Positions 51,847 through 61,237 of a stretch of DNA of 64,000 nt are shown here, piece by piece. Under the pieces are notes generated by a model. That model did not search any database, was not told where the DNA came from, and worked only from the letters and a program-made list of their open reading frames with translations. Position 1 is the first letter of the stretch. Every line of letters starts with the position of its first letter. The position numbers and the translations under genes are program-made. Origin of the DNA: an uncultured Bacteroidota bacterium (GTDB lineage: Bacteria > Bacteroidota > Ignavibacteria > UBA10030 > UBA6906); assembly GCA_963700635.1 (NCBI GenBank), contig CAVOYH010000001.1, positions 352,001-416,000 of the forward strand, in the 5' to 3' direction.

Positions 51847-52257
51847 ATGTTTGATCGACCGTTTGCCGTTGAGATTATTACTCCCGACCGTACTATGTTG
51901 TCTGTGCAGGCGGTAAGCGTGAGTGCGCCGGGCGTTTTGGGGGGATTCCAGATCCTCTACAACCATGCCCCGTTCCTCTCCGCTCTGGGACCAGGAAAAG
52001 TGCAGGTGAAGGATGCGGAGGGGAAGGAGTATCTGTACGCGACAGGGGGAGGGTTTCTGGAGGTGCGCAATAATCATGCGTCCCTCATGCTGGAAAGTGC
52101 CGAACTCTCCGAAGAGATAGACGTCGCCCGTGCCCGTGCAGCCCGCGATCGTGCTCAGGAGCGGCTTCGATCACGTCAGGCCGACATTGATGTGGCGCGG
52201 GCAGAAGCGGCTTTACATCGTTCCTTGAACCGGTTGCGCATCGCCGGAGCTCTTTGA
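51847..52257 (+). CDS. atpC: F0F1 ATP synthase epsilon subunit
   Basis: EIITPD, G.FQIL.NHAP, GGFLEV and ARAEAAL.R..NRL motifs. Confidence 0.95.
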   Translation: MFDRPFAVEIITPDRTMLSVQAVSVSAPGVLGGFQILYNHAPFLSALGPGKVQVKDAEGKEYLYATGGGFLEVRNNHASLMLESAELSEEIDVARARAARDRAQERLRSRQADIDVARAEAALHRSLNRLRIAGAL

Positions 52258-52287
52258 TTCTCATCCATCTAACCGGAACGCGCCCGA

Positions 52288-53376
52288 ATGACAAAAGTGT
52301 ATGGAGTGATGATGGCCGGAGGTGTGGGTACCCGCTTCTGGCCCCGCAGCCGTGAGAGAACCCCCAAGCAGGTTCTGGAGATCGTTGGCAAAGAAACAAT
52401 GATCCAGAGTACTGCCGGACGCCTTACCCGCAAGATTGATCCCCGTAATCTCTTTGTTATCACCAACCGGATGCAGCGGACGCTTCTCGTTAAACAGCTG
52501 CCGCATGTTCCGCCGGAAAACATCATTGACGAACCGGTCGGACGTAACACCGCTCCGTGTATCGGGCTGGCTGCCCTACATATCAGGCGTCTTGACCCTT
52601 CGGCTGTCATGATCGTCCTGCCTGCCGATCATGTGATCCAGAACGACGATGAATTTCTGCGCATCCTGGATATCGCCGTTGAAACTGCGGCGGAATCGCG
52701 CAGCCTGCTCACGATCGGCATCCAGCCACGCCATCCTGAAACCGGGTACGGCTATATCCAGATTTTCACCGAAGAAGGTTCCCATAATCCGTACGCGGCG
52801 CGCGGCGTCATGAAGGTGAAGACCTTTGCGGAGAAGCCGAATCTTCAGACGGCACATCGGTTCCTGGAGAGTGGCGACTTTCTCTGGAATAGCGGCATGT
52901 TTGTCTGGCGGGCGGATGCGATTCTCGAAGAGATCCAACGCTGTCTCCCTGATCTCTATGCAGAGCTGATGAAAATCGATCAGACGATCGGTACCCAGCA
53001 CTACGCCGCCGCAGTGGAAATGGCGTATGGTATCATCCGGGGCATTTCGATTGATTATGGTGTGATGGAGAAATCCGACAGGGTCTTTTGTATCCGCGGC
53101 GACTTCGGCTGGAGTGACATCGGGTCATGGGATGAAGTGTACAGGATCTCTGGAAAGGACTCGGGTGGAAATACGATCACCGGCACGGTCATCCAGAAAG
53201 AGACAAAGAACTGCTATGTGTACTCACCCGATAAAATTGTTGCGACAATCGGGGTCGAGGATCTGATCATCGTGAACACCGACGATGCCCTGCTGATCTG
53301 CAAACGCGGACTGTCGCAGGACGTGAAAGAGATCGCGGACTACCTGAAGCGCAAACAGATGAACGACTACCTCTGA
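52288..53376 (+). CDS. manC: Mannose-1-phosphate guanylyltransferase
   Basis: MAGGVGTRFWP.SR..PKQ, EPVGRNTAP, ETGYGYI, WNSGMF and WSDIGSW motifs. Confidence 0.93.
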   Translation: MTKVYGVMMAGGVGTRFWPRSRERTPKQVLEIVGKETMIQSTAGRLTRKIDPRNLFVITNRMQRTLLVKQLPHVPPENIIDEPVGRNTAPCIGLAALHIRRLDPSAVMIVLPADHVIQNDDEFLRILDIAVETAAESRSLLTIGIQPRHPETGYGYIQIFTEEGSHNPYAARGVMKVKTFAEKPNLQTAHRFLESGDFLWNSGMFVWRADAILEEIQRCLPDLYAELMKIDQTIGTQHYAAAVEMAYGIIRGISIDYGVMEKSDRVFCIRGDFGWSDIGSWDEVYRISGKDSGGNTITGTVIQKETKNCYVYSPDKIVATIGVEDLIIVNTDDALLICKRGLSQDVKEIADYLKRKQMNDYL

Positions 53377-53379
53377 CCC

Positions 53380-53826
53380 ATGCGCACGTTTCTGTTAAGG
53401 TGTTGTGCATTGGGAACGGCAGTCTGGGTCCTCGGATGTGGCGCCGCCGCTCCGCGGTTCGCCTCGGTCGATCCCGGGATGCCATCGCCGCGCGATAAGA
53501 CAACGCACCAGGTGTCAGGCATTGCGTCCTACTATGCCGACGAATTTCACGGGCGGCAGACGGCGAACGGAGAGACGTATGATATGCATTCCCTGACTGC
53601 CGCGCACCGTACTCTGCCGTTTAACACCACGGTGAGAGTCACCCATCTTCAGACCGGAGAGACAGTGATTGTCCGTATTAACGACCGGGGGCCGTTCAAA
53701 GATGACCGGGTGATCGACCTGTCGCTCGAAGCCGCCCGGAAGATCGGTCTGATTACGAAAGGTACAGGTCCCGTGCGGCTGGAAGTCCTTGAACTTGGCG
53801 CGCCGGGAAAGCCGATCAACCAATGA
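53380..53826 (+). CDS. rlpA: Septal ring lytic transglycosylase RlpA-family lipoprotein
   Basis: Lipobox VLGC; [31 protein letters not shown] and IDLS motifs. Confidence 0.92.
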   Translation: MRTFLLRCCALGTAVWVLGCGAAAPRFASVDPGMPSPRDKTTHQVSGIASYYADEFHGRQTANGETYDMHSLTAAHRTLPFNTTVRVTHLQTGETVIVRINDRGPFKDDRVIDLSLEAARKIGLITKGTGPVRLEVLELGAPGKPINQ

Positions 53827-54491
53827 AAACTCTGCTTGTTACAGAGCGTGATATACTCGACGCCGTTGCTCGCGGCTGTACGCGATTGGAGATTCCTCCG
53901 GCTGCCATCCTGACACCGCTTGCATCGGATACTGCCTCGCAGAAAAATCTGCTGCTCGTCCGCGCAGCTCCCGGTGAAAGGAAAAGCGAGAAGACTCCGG
54001 CAGACGCTTCCGCATCCGGTCAGACGCCGGTTCCTGCAGGTATCGTGGCGATCGGTTCCGATCATGGCGGGTTTGAGCTTAAAACCCAGTTGGCCGGGCA
54101 CATTCGTTCGCTGGGGTTTACCGTTCACGACGCGGGAACGAACAGCGCAGATCCATGCGACTATCCCGATTTCGCGTATGCGGTGGGCAGACTCGTTGCC
54201 TCTAACAGGGCGGGACTCGGCATTATGATCGATGGCGCCGGGGTAGGGTCGTGTATGGTGGTGAACAAGATACCTGGCTTGCGGGGCGCATGCTGCACGC
54301 ATGAGTTTATGGCCCGGAATGCACGTGAACACAACAATGCGAATGTGCTCACCCTCGGAAGTCGAGTTGTCGGGCTGGAAGTGGCAAAGGGAATCGTGGA
54401 AATCTTCCTGCGGACACCGTTCGCGGGGGGGAGACACGAGGGACGGGTGAAGAAGATCATGGACGTTGATCAGAAGTACCGACGTCCGTAG
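53823..54491 (+). CDS. rpiB: Ribose-5-phosphate isomerase B with extra N-terminal domain
   Basis: IGSDHGG, DYPDFA, DGAGVGS, ANVLTLG and FAGGRH..RV motifs, preceded by a ~70-aa extension. Confidence 0.9.
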   Translation: MKTLLVTERDILDAVARGCTRLEIPPAAILTPLASDTASQKNLLLVRAAPGERKSEKTPADASASGQTPVPAGIVAIGSDHGGFELKTQLAGHIRSLGFTVHDAGTNSADPCDYPDFAYAVGRLVASNRAGLGIMIDGAGVGSCMVVNKIPGLRGACCTHEFMARNAREHNNANVLTLGSRVVGLEVAKGIVEIFLRTPFAGGRHEGRVKKIMDVDQKYRRP

Positions 54492-54510
54492 GACATGCGG
54501 GGTCCAAAAT

Positions 54511-54537
54511 GACCGGTTCTCTACCGGTCTTTTTTTT
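54511..54537 (+). terminator. Intrinsic terminator after rpiB
   Basis: GACCGGT-loop-ACCGGTC followed by T8. Confidence 0.8.
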
Positions 54538-54632
54538 GTCTCTTCGTCCCTTCCGGAGCGCTCACATGCTCAATATTCTGCTCAGGATGAGCGTTGAATG
54601 TCATTTTCTGCCCGTTTTCGCCGTTTTTGTGG

Positions 54633-54648
54633 TGGCATGCGGATTGTT
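54633..54648 (+). promoter_or_regulatory. Sigma54-like -24/-12 promoter upstream of the SLT gene
   Basis: TGGCATGCGGATTGTT versus consensus TGGCACG-N4-TTGCW. Confidence 0.45.
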
Positions 54649-54843
54649 TTGTCATCCAGATGAAACTTTGCCACCTATTCCTGCGTTTTAAAGATATGTG
54701 GTTTAATACAAGCTTTGTCTTACCGTTCTTTGCGTAACTTCTCCAATTGCATGGAGTTGGACGGTTCTGCCTCCTGTGTGCGTTGTAAGCAGGTTGGTAC
54801 GTGGCAAAGGTCTGCGACACACATCAGCAGGGAAGGACACCTG

Positions 54844-55584
54844 ATGCATATGAGAAGCCTGGTTATCATACTCTGTTCTCTGGTCTTTGTTGCCGGATGC
54901 ACACCGTTCGGCGACGGCGTTCTCCGGAAGACGGACCAGGAACAGGTGGAAGAAAGGAACACTCTTTCGGTAGACCGGATGGATCGGAGCCGGGTTCCCG
55001 AGCCCCTTGTGGACGGACAGACCAGAAAGATCGTGCGTGTCTACGGTCCGACCATCAAGCACTACGCAGAACTCTATGGGCTGGACTGGCGGCTTATCCT
55101 CGCCACAATGAAGCAGGAGTCCCGGTTCTCTCCGACCGCAGAAAGCCACCGCGGTGCGTATGGCCTGATGCAGTTGATGCCCGGAACCGGTGAAGATATC
55201 GCGAGGGAGCTTTCCGTGGAAGATTTGAGCCACCCTCACGACAATATCCGGGGAGGCATCTACTATCTCCGGCAGCTCTACGATATGTTTGAAGGGGCGC
55301 CGGAATCCGACAGGATAAAACTCGCGCTTGCGGCATACAATGCGGGCATTGGCCGCATCTATGACGCACAGGAACTTGCGGCGTACCTTCGCGAAAATCC
55401 ACACGAATGGAACGCCATCAAAGACATGCTGCCCCTGCTCTCGCGGCGTTATGAATCGCTTCACAGAAGTGTATGGAATCAAGAGCGACCGAAAACCGGC
55501 TTTTTCGGTAACTCAGGGGAAACCATACAGTATGTGGAAAATGTGATGTCACATTATGACGAATATCAGCTTATGCTGAACTGA
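54844..55584 (+). CDS. Lytic transglycosylase (SLT, MltF-catalytic-like) lipoprotein
   Basis: Lipobox VAGC; DWRLI.A...QES.F, GAYGLMQLMP, ALAAYNAG and ET..YV motifs. Confidence 0.88.
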   Translation: MHMRSLVIILCSLVFVAGCTPFGDGVLRKTDQEQVEERNTLSVDRMDRSRVPEPLVDGQTRKIVRVYGPTIKHYAELYGLDWRLILATMKQESRFSPTAESHRGAYGLMQLMPGTGEDIARELSVEDLSHPHDNIRGGIYYLRQLYDMFEGAPESDRIKLALAAYNAGIGRIYDAQELAAYLRENPHEWNAIKDMLPLLSRRYESLHRSVWNQERPKTGFFGNSGETIQYVENVMSHYDEYQLMLN

Positions 55585-55617
55585 GGCGGGAGAGGGTTTT
55601 GGAGGGAGAGGTTCGAT

Positions 55618-55668
55618 GAAGGAAGAGAGGCGAATGAACAACGTTCAGCTCTCTTCCTTCGCCGTTTT
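55618..55668. terminator. Hairpin between convergent slt and pdaD
   Basis: 12-bp stem GAAGGAAGAGAG/CTCTCTTCCTTC followed by GCCGTTTT. Confidence 0.6.
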
Positions 55669-55708
55669 ATGGCCATAGCAGGGTGAGGTTGTCAGCGCGG
55701 TGTTGTTC

Positions 55709-56254
55709 CTAGGGCAGCAGAATGGCGCAGGCCAGCACGGTTGTCCAGATCCCGTCCTTGTGTCCTTCCGCTGACTGGGTCACGTTGTACGTTTTGACGA
55801 TTTTCCCGCTCATCTTATACACTTTCTCCCGCTCGTCCCACGCCATCCCCGGATCAAATTCTACCCCCAGCGTGCTTGCAAGCATTGTCGCCGCCAGATC
55901 TTCGGCGTATTCGCCCGCTTTTTCGTCCGTTTCACCGAACGGATGATGTTCTGAGAGGTAGCCGTATTGTGAAGTGTCTGCGGGTGTTGCCACCCCGATC
56001 GAAGCGGCGACAAGCCGGTTTGGCTCATTTGTCGCATTGCGGGCCATCACCGCGAAGGTGATCTGGCCTGGCTGCAGAGCGCGCAACCCTTCATCGGTCG
56101 GTGTCCGCTTACAGCCGGGCGGAAAAATACTGGAGACCGTGACGAGATTACATTTTTCTATCTTGGCGTCACGCAACGCCAGCTCAAAGGACTGGAGGTA
56201 GTCCTTGTGGCGGCCTACTCCTTTGGTAAAGAATATTCTTCCCGGGACGTACAC
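55709..56254 (-). CDS. pdaD: Pyruvoyl-dependent arginine decarboxylase
   Basis: [10 protein letters not shown]...[10 protein letters not shown] (Ser-Ser self-cleavage site) and YGYLSEH motifs. Confidence 0.9.
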   Translation of the reverse strand: MYVPGRIFFTKGVGRHKDYLQSFELALRDAKIEKCNLVTVSSIFPPGCKRTPTDEGLRALQPGQITFAVMARNATNEPNRLVAASIGVATPADTSQYGYLSEHHPFGETDEKAGEYAEDLAATMLASTLGVEFDPGMAWDEREKVYKMSGKIVKTYNVTQSAEGHKDGIWTTVLACAILLP

Positions 56255-56301
56255 GTTCTTTTCTCCTTTTCTTCGTCAGGACAGATACACGATATGGTTG
56301 T

Positions 56302-57528
56302 TCATGCGGGTAGAACGCGTACAAATTTGCGTTTGCCCACTTTTATGATGACGCCGCGGCCGACGTCGATGAGTGCCGACTGATCCGTGACACGCTGGCC
56401 GTCAATCGAAACTCCCCCCTGTTCGATAAGCCGACGAGCTTCGCTGTTGGACGGGGCCAGCCCTGTTTCCGCGAGGAGGCGGAGAATACTCACCGGGAGG
56501 CCGTTGGTGGGGAGTCTTGCCTCCGGAATTTCATCCGGCAGATCCTTACGCACAAAGATCCTGTCAAATTCTTCCTCGGCTGCCGCTGCGGCGCCGGTGT
56601 CATGGTAGAGCGCAACGATTTCCCGTGCCAGACGCCGTTTTAGATCGCGCGGGTTTGCCGTCCCCTGTTCAAGCTGTTTCCGGATTGCGGCGAGTTCGGT
56701 TTCCGGCAAACCTGTCGCAAGGACCAGGTAATCATAGATAACCGTATCCGGGATGGACAGTGTTTTCCCGTACATCTGCTGAGGGACCTCGCTGATGCCG
56801 ATGTAATTGTCGAGAGATTTGCTCATTTTCTCCACGCCGTCAGTGCCGGGCAGGATGGGCATGGTCAGGGTTACCTGGGGATCCATGCCGTACTCCCGCT
56901 GGATGTCGCGTCCGACGAGAAGGTTAAATTTCTGGTCCGTCCCACCCAGTTCCACGTCCGCCTCGACGGCCACTGAATCCATCGCTTGCGCCAGCGGATA
57001 GAGCAACTCGTGGACGCTGATGGGTTCTCCCGCTTTGTACCGGCGTTCAAAATCGTCCCTCTCCAGCATACGCGCGACAGTGTATTTTGCGCCGAGTTCA
57101 ATAACGTTGGCGAAGGACATCTTCCCGAGCCAATCGGAATTGTACACCATCTGGATTTTTTTTGTGGAAAGGACGCGGGTGGCCTGCTCGAAGTAGGACT
57201 GTCCGTTTTTCCGCGTCTCTTCGATGGTCAAAGGGGGGCGAGTCTTGCTGCGGCCCGACGGATCGCCGATCATGCCGGTGAAATCGCCCACGATCAGGAT
57301 CGCATGATGTCCCAGATCCTGGAATTGGCGGAGTTTGCGAAGAACGACGGAATGTCCGAGATGGAGGTCCGGACGGCTTGGATCGCATCCGAGTTTGATC
57401 CTGAGGGGCTTACGTGCCTGGAGGGAGTGTGTAATCTTCCTGGCGAGGTCTTCTTCGCGGATAATCTCAGCGGCACCCCGCCGGATGAGATCCATCTGCT
57501 CATTGAGAGGTGGGAACTGCTCGCTCAT
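56302..57528 (-). CDS. tyrS: Tyrosine--tRNA ligase
   Basis: GCDPS..DLHLGH, GGTDQKFN and KMSKS motifs; C-terminal S4 domain. Confidence 0.97.
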   Translation of the reverse strand: MSEQFPPLNEQMDLIRRGAAEIIREEDLARKITHSLQARKPLRIKLGCDPSRPDLHLGHSVVLRKLRQFQDLGHHAILIVGDFTGMIGDPSGRSKTRPPLTIEETRKNGQSYFEQATRVLSTKKIQMVYNSDWLGKMSFANVIELGAKYTVARMLERDDFERRYKAGEPISVHELLYPLAQAMDSVAVEADVELGGTDQKFNLLVGRDIQREYGMDPQVTLTMPILPGTDGVEKMSKSLDNYIGISEVPQQMYGKTLSIPDTVIYDYLVLATGLPETELAAIRKQLEQGTANPRDLKRRLAREIVALYHDTGAAAAAEEEFDRIFVRKDLPDEIPEARLPTNGLPVSILRLLAETGLAPSNSEARRLIEQGGVSIDGQRVTDQSALIDVGRGVIIKVGKRKFVRVLPA

Positions 57529-57993
57529 CTACAGTGCATAATTCCTTCTAATGTCACGTTCCGACTCACGGCGCGCGATATCGTCCCTTCGATCATGGGC
57601 TCGTTTGCCGCGGCAAATACCCAGGAGGACTTTCGCGATGTTTTTGCGGAAGTGAATGCGCAGAGGGATCAACGTAATCCCCGGTTCTCCGGTCCGCGCG
57701 ATGATCTTCCGGATTTCTTTTCTATGTAAAAGGAGTTTGCGTTTACGGATCGGGTCGACATTCGCATAACTTCCTTGCTGATACGGGCTAATGTGCATTC
57801 CCAGCACCCAAACTTCGCCGTTCTTGACCTGCGCATACGCTTCAGCAATGTTGGCGTTTCCCAGGCGAAGTGATTTCACTTCCGTTCCGGTGAGCACGAT
57901 CCCGGTTTCATACGTCTCCAGAACCGAGTATTCGTGGCGCGCTTTCCGGTTGGTGCTGACAACTTTTTCGTCCGCCGCCTCCTGAGGTGCCAT
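57529..57993 (-). CDS. smpB: SsrA-binding protein SmpB
   Basis: NRKARHEY, GIVLTGTEVKSLR and RKLLLHRKEI motifs; promoter TTGCTT-17-TATACT at 58047-58019. Confidence 0.97.
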   Translation of the reverse strand: MAPQEAADEKVVSTNRKARHEYSVLETYETGIVLTGTEVKSLRLGNANIAEAYAQVKNGEVWVLGMHISPYQQGSYANVDPIRKRKLLLHRKEIRKIIARTGEPGITLIPLRIHFRKNIAKVLLGICRGKRAHDRRDDIARRESERDIRRNYAL

Positions 57994-58399
57994 CATCCCG
58001 TCATTTTTTTGCCCGATAAGTATACCGAAATTCGATAGGAAAAGCAATGCTCTGGCATCGTTCCGCGGGAAAATGAATATCCGGTGATCAGGGAAGCCAT
58101 CCCATGTTTCGCGACCTGCCCCTTCACGTCAATGACCGGCTTCTCTTCATTGCGGGCCAGCAGTGAGTCCGGGCGGAAGAGCCGGGATTCCCGCTGCACA
58201 GCCGGAGCGATTGCACTTCTTTGGGTGGAAGCGTACATTCAGTCGGCAAGAATTTGAGAAATACCTGAAAGCCGCTGAAAGATTTCCCTGTGCAAACCAT
58301 TTACCTTCGGGCGCCAGGTGGTATATACCGGTAGATGAAGCACTTCTTCGAAAACCGACTGCACTGTTTACATTCACAAAAGGACCCAGGAGCATGCGC

Positions 58400-59887
58400 A
58401 TGAACTCCTCCGCACGAATCGCCCTTGCTGCGGCGCTGGCCGTTTTCGCAACGACTCCGGCACAGACCCAGCCTCTCAGAACCGGAACGGCAGGTGACCG
58501 CTCTTCTGTGGATCTGACCATCTATAATCGGAACCTTTCCCTGATCAGAGAAGAACGTAGTATCACGCTTCCCCGTGGGATGAGCCGTCTGCTGGTTCCG
58601 GACATTCCCACAACCATTGACGGCACATCACTCCATTTTCTCAGTCTGACCGAGCCGGGAGCTGTCCGGGTGCTCGAGCAAAACTATCAGTACGATCTTG
58701 TGCACACGTCAAAGCTTCTTGAGCGTTATCTGGGAAAGCAGATCGAATTTGTACGGATCGAACCCTCGACAGACAAGGAGTACACGGTATCCGGCCGTCT
58801 GCTTTCCTCCGGCTACACCGGACAGTCGCTGCACGGGGGGATGATTGCGGAGATCAATGGAAAAATTGAGGTGAATCCTTCCGGCAGACTGCTTCTTCCC
58901 GCCCTCCCGGAAGGGCTTATCCTCAAGCCCCAGCTGGAGTGGCTGGTCTCGAATCTGCGGGATGGATCCCACAAGGCGGAAATCAGCTACCTGGCGGGTG
59001 GTCTGACCTGGTCCAGTGATTATGTAGCCCTCCTTGATGCATCAGACGCAAAGCTGGATCTTACGGGTTGGGTGACTCTTACCAACAATTCCGGCACAAC
59101 GTTTTCCAACGCCGGACTCAAACTTGTGGCAGGGGATGTAAACGTTGTCGAGGAGGGATTCGCGGGCTCTCTCCGTGCTGGAAAGACGATGATGACGGAC
59201 GCCATGGAGGAACCACAGTTCAAACAGACGGAGTTGTTTGAGTACAAGCTCTATACGCTGCAACGGCGGACGGACGTCCGGAACAATGAAACCAAGCAGG
59301 TGGAGCTGATCTCCGGCAAATCGGTCCCATCCCGGAAGATGTTTATCTATGACGGTCTGGCCGGACAGTGGCGGATGTGGTTCAACAATCAATCATACCG
59401 CTCCCAGAGCAGTTTCGGACAACAATCGAACACGAAGGTCGGGGTGTACATGACGTTTCGGAATGAAGAAAAGGGCGGACTCGGTATACCTCTGCCCAAG
59501 GGGAAAGTCCGCGTGTACAAACGTGATCAGGAGGGCAAAGAGCAGTTCATCGGGGAAGACCGGATCGATCACACTCCGAAAGATGAGGAGGTACGGCTCT
59601 ACCTGGGAAATGCCTTTGATATTGTCGGGGAGCGAGCACAGATGGACTTCAGATCTCTGGCAGGAGGGCGGATCGTCGAAGAAACGATCGAGATCAAGGT
59701 CCGGAATCATAAGACCGAAGGGGTGGAAGTACAGGTGTACGAGCATCCCTGGCGGTGGAGTCAGTGGGAGATCCTGAATGCCAACAACGAGTGGCACAAA
59801 GTCGACCAAACCACGCTCCGGTTTCCGGTGAAGCTTGGAAAAGACCAGGAGAAGGTCGTGAAATACACCGTGCGATACAGCTGGTAA
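58400..59887 (+). CDS. DUF4139-domain exported protein
   Basis: Signal peptide after AGGAG; LTIYN..L.LIRE, EQNYQYDL, ISYL.GGL.W..DY, KLVAGDV and LPKGKVRVY...FIGED.IDHTP motifs. Confidence 0.85.
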   Translation: MNSSARIALAAALAVFATTPAQTQPLRTGTAGDRSSVDLTIYNRNLSLIREERSITLPRGMSRLLVPDIPTTIDGTSLHFLSLTEPGAVRVLEQNYQYDLVHTSKLLERYLGKQIEFVRIEPSTDKEYTVSGRLLSSGYTGQSLHGGMIAEINGKIEVNPSGRLLLPALPEGLILKPQLEWLVSNLRDGSHKAEISYLAGGLTWSSDYVALLDASDAKLDLTGWVTLTNNSGTTFSNAGLKLVAGDVNVVEEGFAGSLRAGKTMMTDAMEEPQFKQTELFEYKLYTLQRRTDVRNNETKQVELISGKSVPSRKMFIYDGLAGQWRMWFNNQSYRSQSSFGQQSNTKVGVYMTFRNEEKGGLGIPLPKGKVRVYKRDQEGKEQFIGEDRIDHTPKDEEVRLYLGNAFDIVGERAQMDFRSLAGGRIVEETIEIKVRNHKTEGVEVQVYEHPWRWSQWEILNANNEWHKVDQTTLRFPVKLGKDQEKVVKYTVRYSW

Positions 59888-59893
59888 TCGCTC

Positions 59894-61237
59894 CTAGTTC
59901 ACCGTAAAAGGTATCGTCAACCATTTTGTTTCGGGGCCGGAAGAAGATCTTCCGGCTTCGTATGTCGAGTTCATCACTGCCGTGATAATTGGTTGATTAA
60001 AAGCCGGGTTTGTGCTTTTTGCGACGAGAGTCCTGACCGGCTTTCCCTGTTCATCGATCTGTACCATGATCACCACATCGCCTCCCCCGGGAAGAGCAAG
60101 TACATCCGGTGGAAACACGGGTTGTTCGAGACGGACGATGTGCGGGTCACGCGCTCCCGACGTCTGCTCGATTGCGGCCGGTTCAGCGGGAGTCTTCGCC
60201 ACGCGCTCCGGACTGCTTGTCTTCACCATGCCCGCCGGATTCGGCAGTGCTGAAGCAAATGCGCGGTTCGGCTCCCCTGCGATGGAGGCGCCATCCGGCT
60301 GTTGCTGAGTCTTCTCTTCAACCTTCCCGGAGGATGCGGGTTCGGCCTGCGAAACAACCGGATCACGTTCAGCCGGACCGGGAGAAACTGGCGGGACCAC
60401 GGCGGCCCGGGGGCGCACCCGGGGCTGCGCGACTTTCGCCGGTTGTTGCTCCGGAACTTCATCGGAAGGCGGCAGCAGCACGGCCGTTGCAGCACCACCT
60501 CCCAGAAGCGCGAGGAAGGTCAAGCCAAACAACCACCGTTTACCGCGACGCCGGCTTGCCGCCGCTGAAGGTTCAACTGTCTCCAGCGGAGCAGCTTCCT
60601 GTTTGGGAGGAATCTCATGCTCATCATCAAAGGTGAGAATGGGGTGTGCCGTGACCTGCGGCTTCGTCGGTTCCTGTGCCGGTTGTGCCGGTTGCTCTGG
60701 CCGGATGCCGGTACGCTGCTGCAACTCGACCAACTGCCTGATGGTTCTCTCATATTCGAGCGCCGCCTGATCATCGGGAGCAATGATCTTCACCCGCCTG
60801 ATTTCCACGAGTGCGCTTCCGTACGCCCCCTTTTTCAGATATTCATCTGCATGCTGGAAGTATTGTTCCTTCAACTGCGCGCGTGCTACGTCCCTGTCTG
60901 AACGGTGCGCAGTGGGCTTCGGCGGTGTCGGTGTCGGTGTCGGACGTGTCGGAGGACCCGACCGCATCGCCTGCATGGCGTCATGAATCAGGCCTGGCAA
61001 GGAACCGAGAAGTTCCCTCTTTTGGGCCTCTGAGGTCTCCGAATCACGCGGCAGCACGAGCAAACGCTCCAGCTGTTTCTCAAGAGCCACGAAGGACGTG
61101 GTGTGGGGGTAGAAGGCCTTGATCTTTCGCAGGCGTATGAGAGCGTCTGCAAATTGTCCGCCTTCCGCCATGGTCTGAATCTCGAAGACCTGTTCGGCTG
61201 CGAGTGTCTGCGGTGATGCTGTGTCAGTGGGTGTCAT
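59894..61237 (-). CDS. TonB-C-terminal-domain protein with cytoplasmic TPR-like N-terminal domain
   Basis: Two helical repeat units, a TM (WLFGLTFLALLGGG), a Pro-rich linker and C-terminal PVFP...GDVVIMVQIDEQGKP...WLTIPF. ATG overlaps the upstream stop (ATGA). Confidence 0.75.
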   Translation of the reverse strand: MTPTDTASPQTLAAEQVFEIQTMAEGGQFADALIRLRKIKAFYPHTTSFVALEKQLERLLVLPRDSETSEAQKRELLGSLPGLIHDAMQAMRSGPPTRPTPTPTPPKPTAHRSDRDVARAQLKEQYFQHADEYLKKGAYGSALVEIRRVKIIAPDDQAALEYERTIRQLVELQQRTGIRPEQPAQPAQEPTKPQVTAHPILTFDDEHEIPPKQEAAPLETVEPSAAASRRRGKRWLFGLTFLALLGGGAATAVLLPPSDEVPEQQPAKVAQPRVRPRAAVVPPVSPGPAERDPVVSQAEPASSGKVEEKTQQQPDGASIAGEPNRAFASALPNPAGMVKTSSPERVAKTPAEPAAIEQTSGARDPHIVRLEQPVFPPDVLALPGGGDVVIMVQIDEQGKPVRTLVAKSTNPAFNQPIITAVMNSTYEAGRSSSGPETKWLTIPFTVN

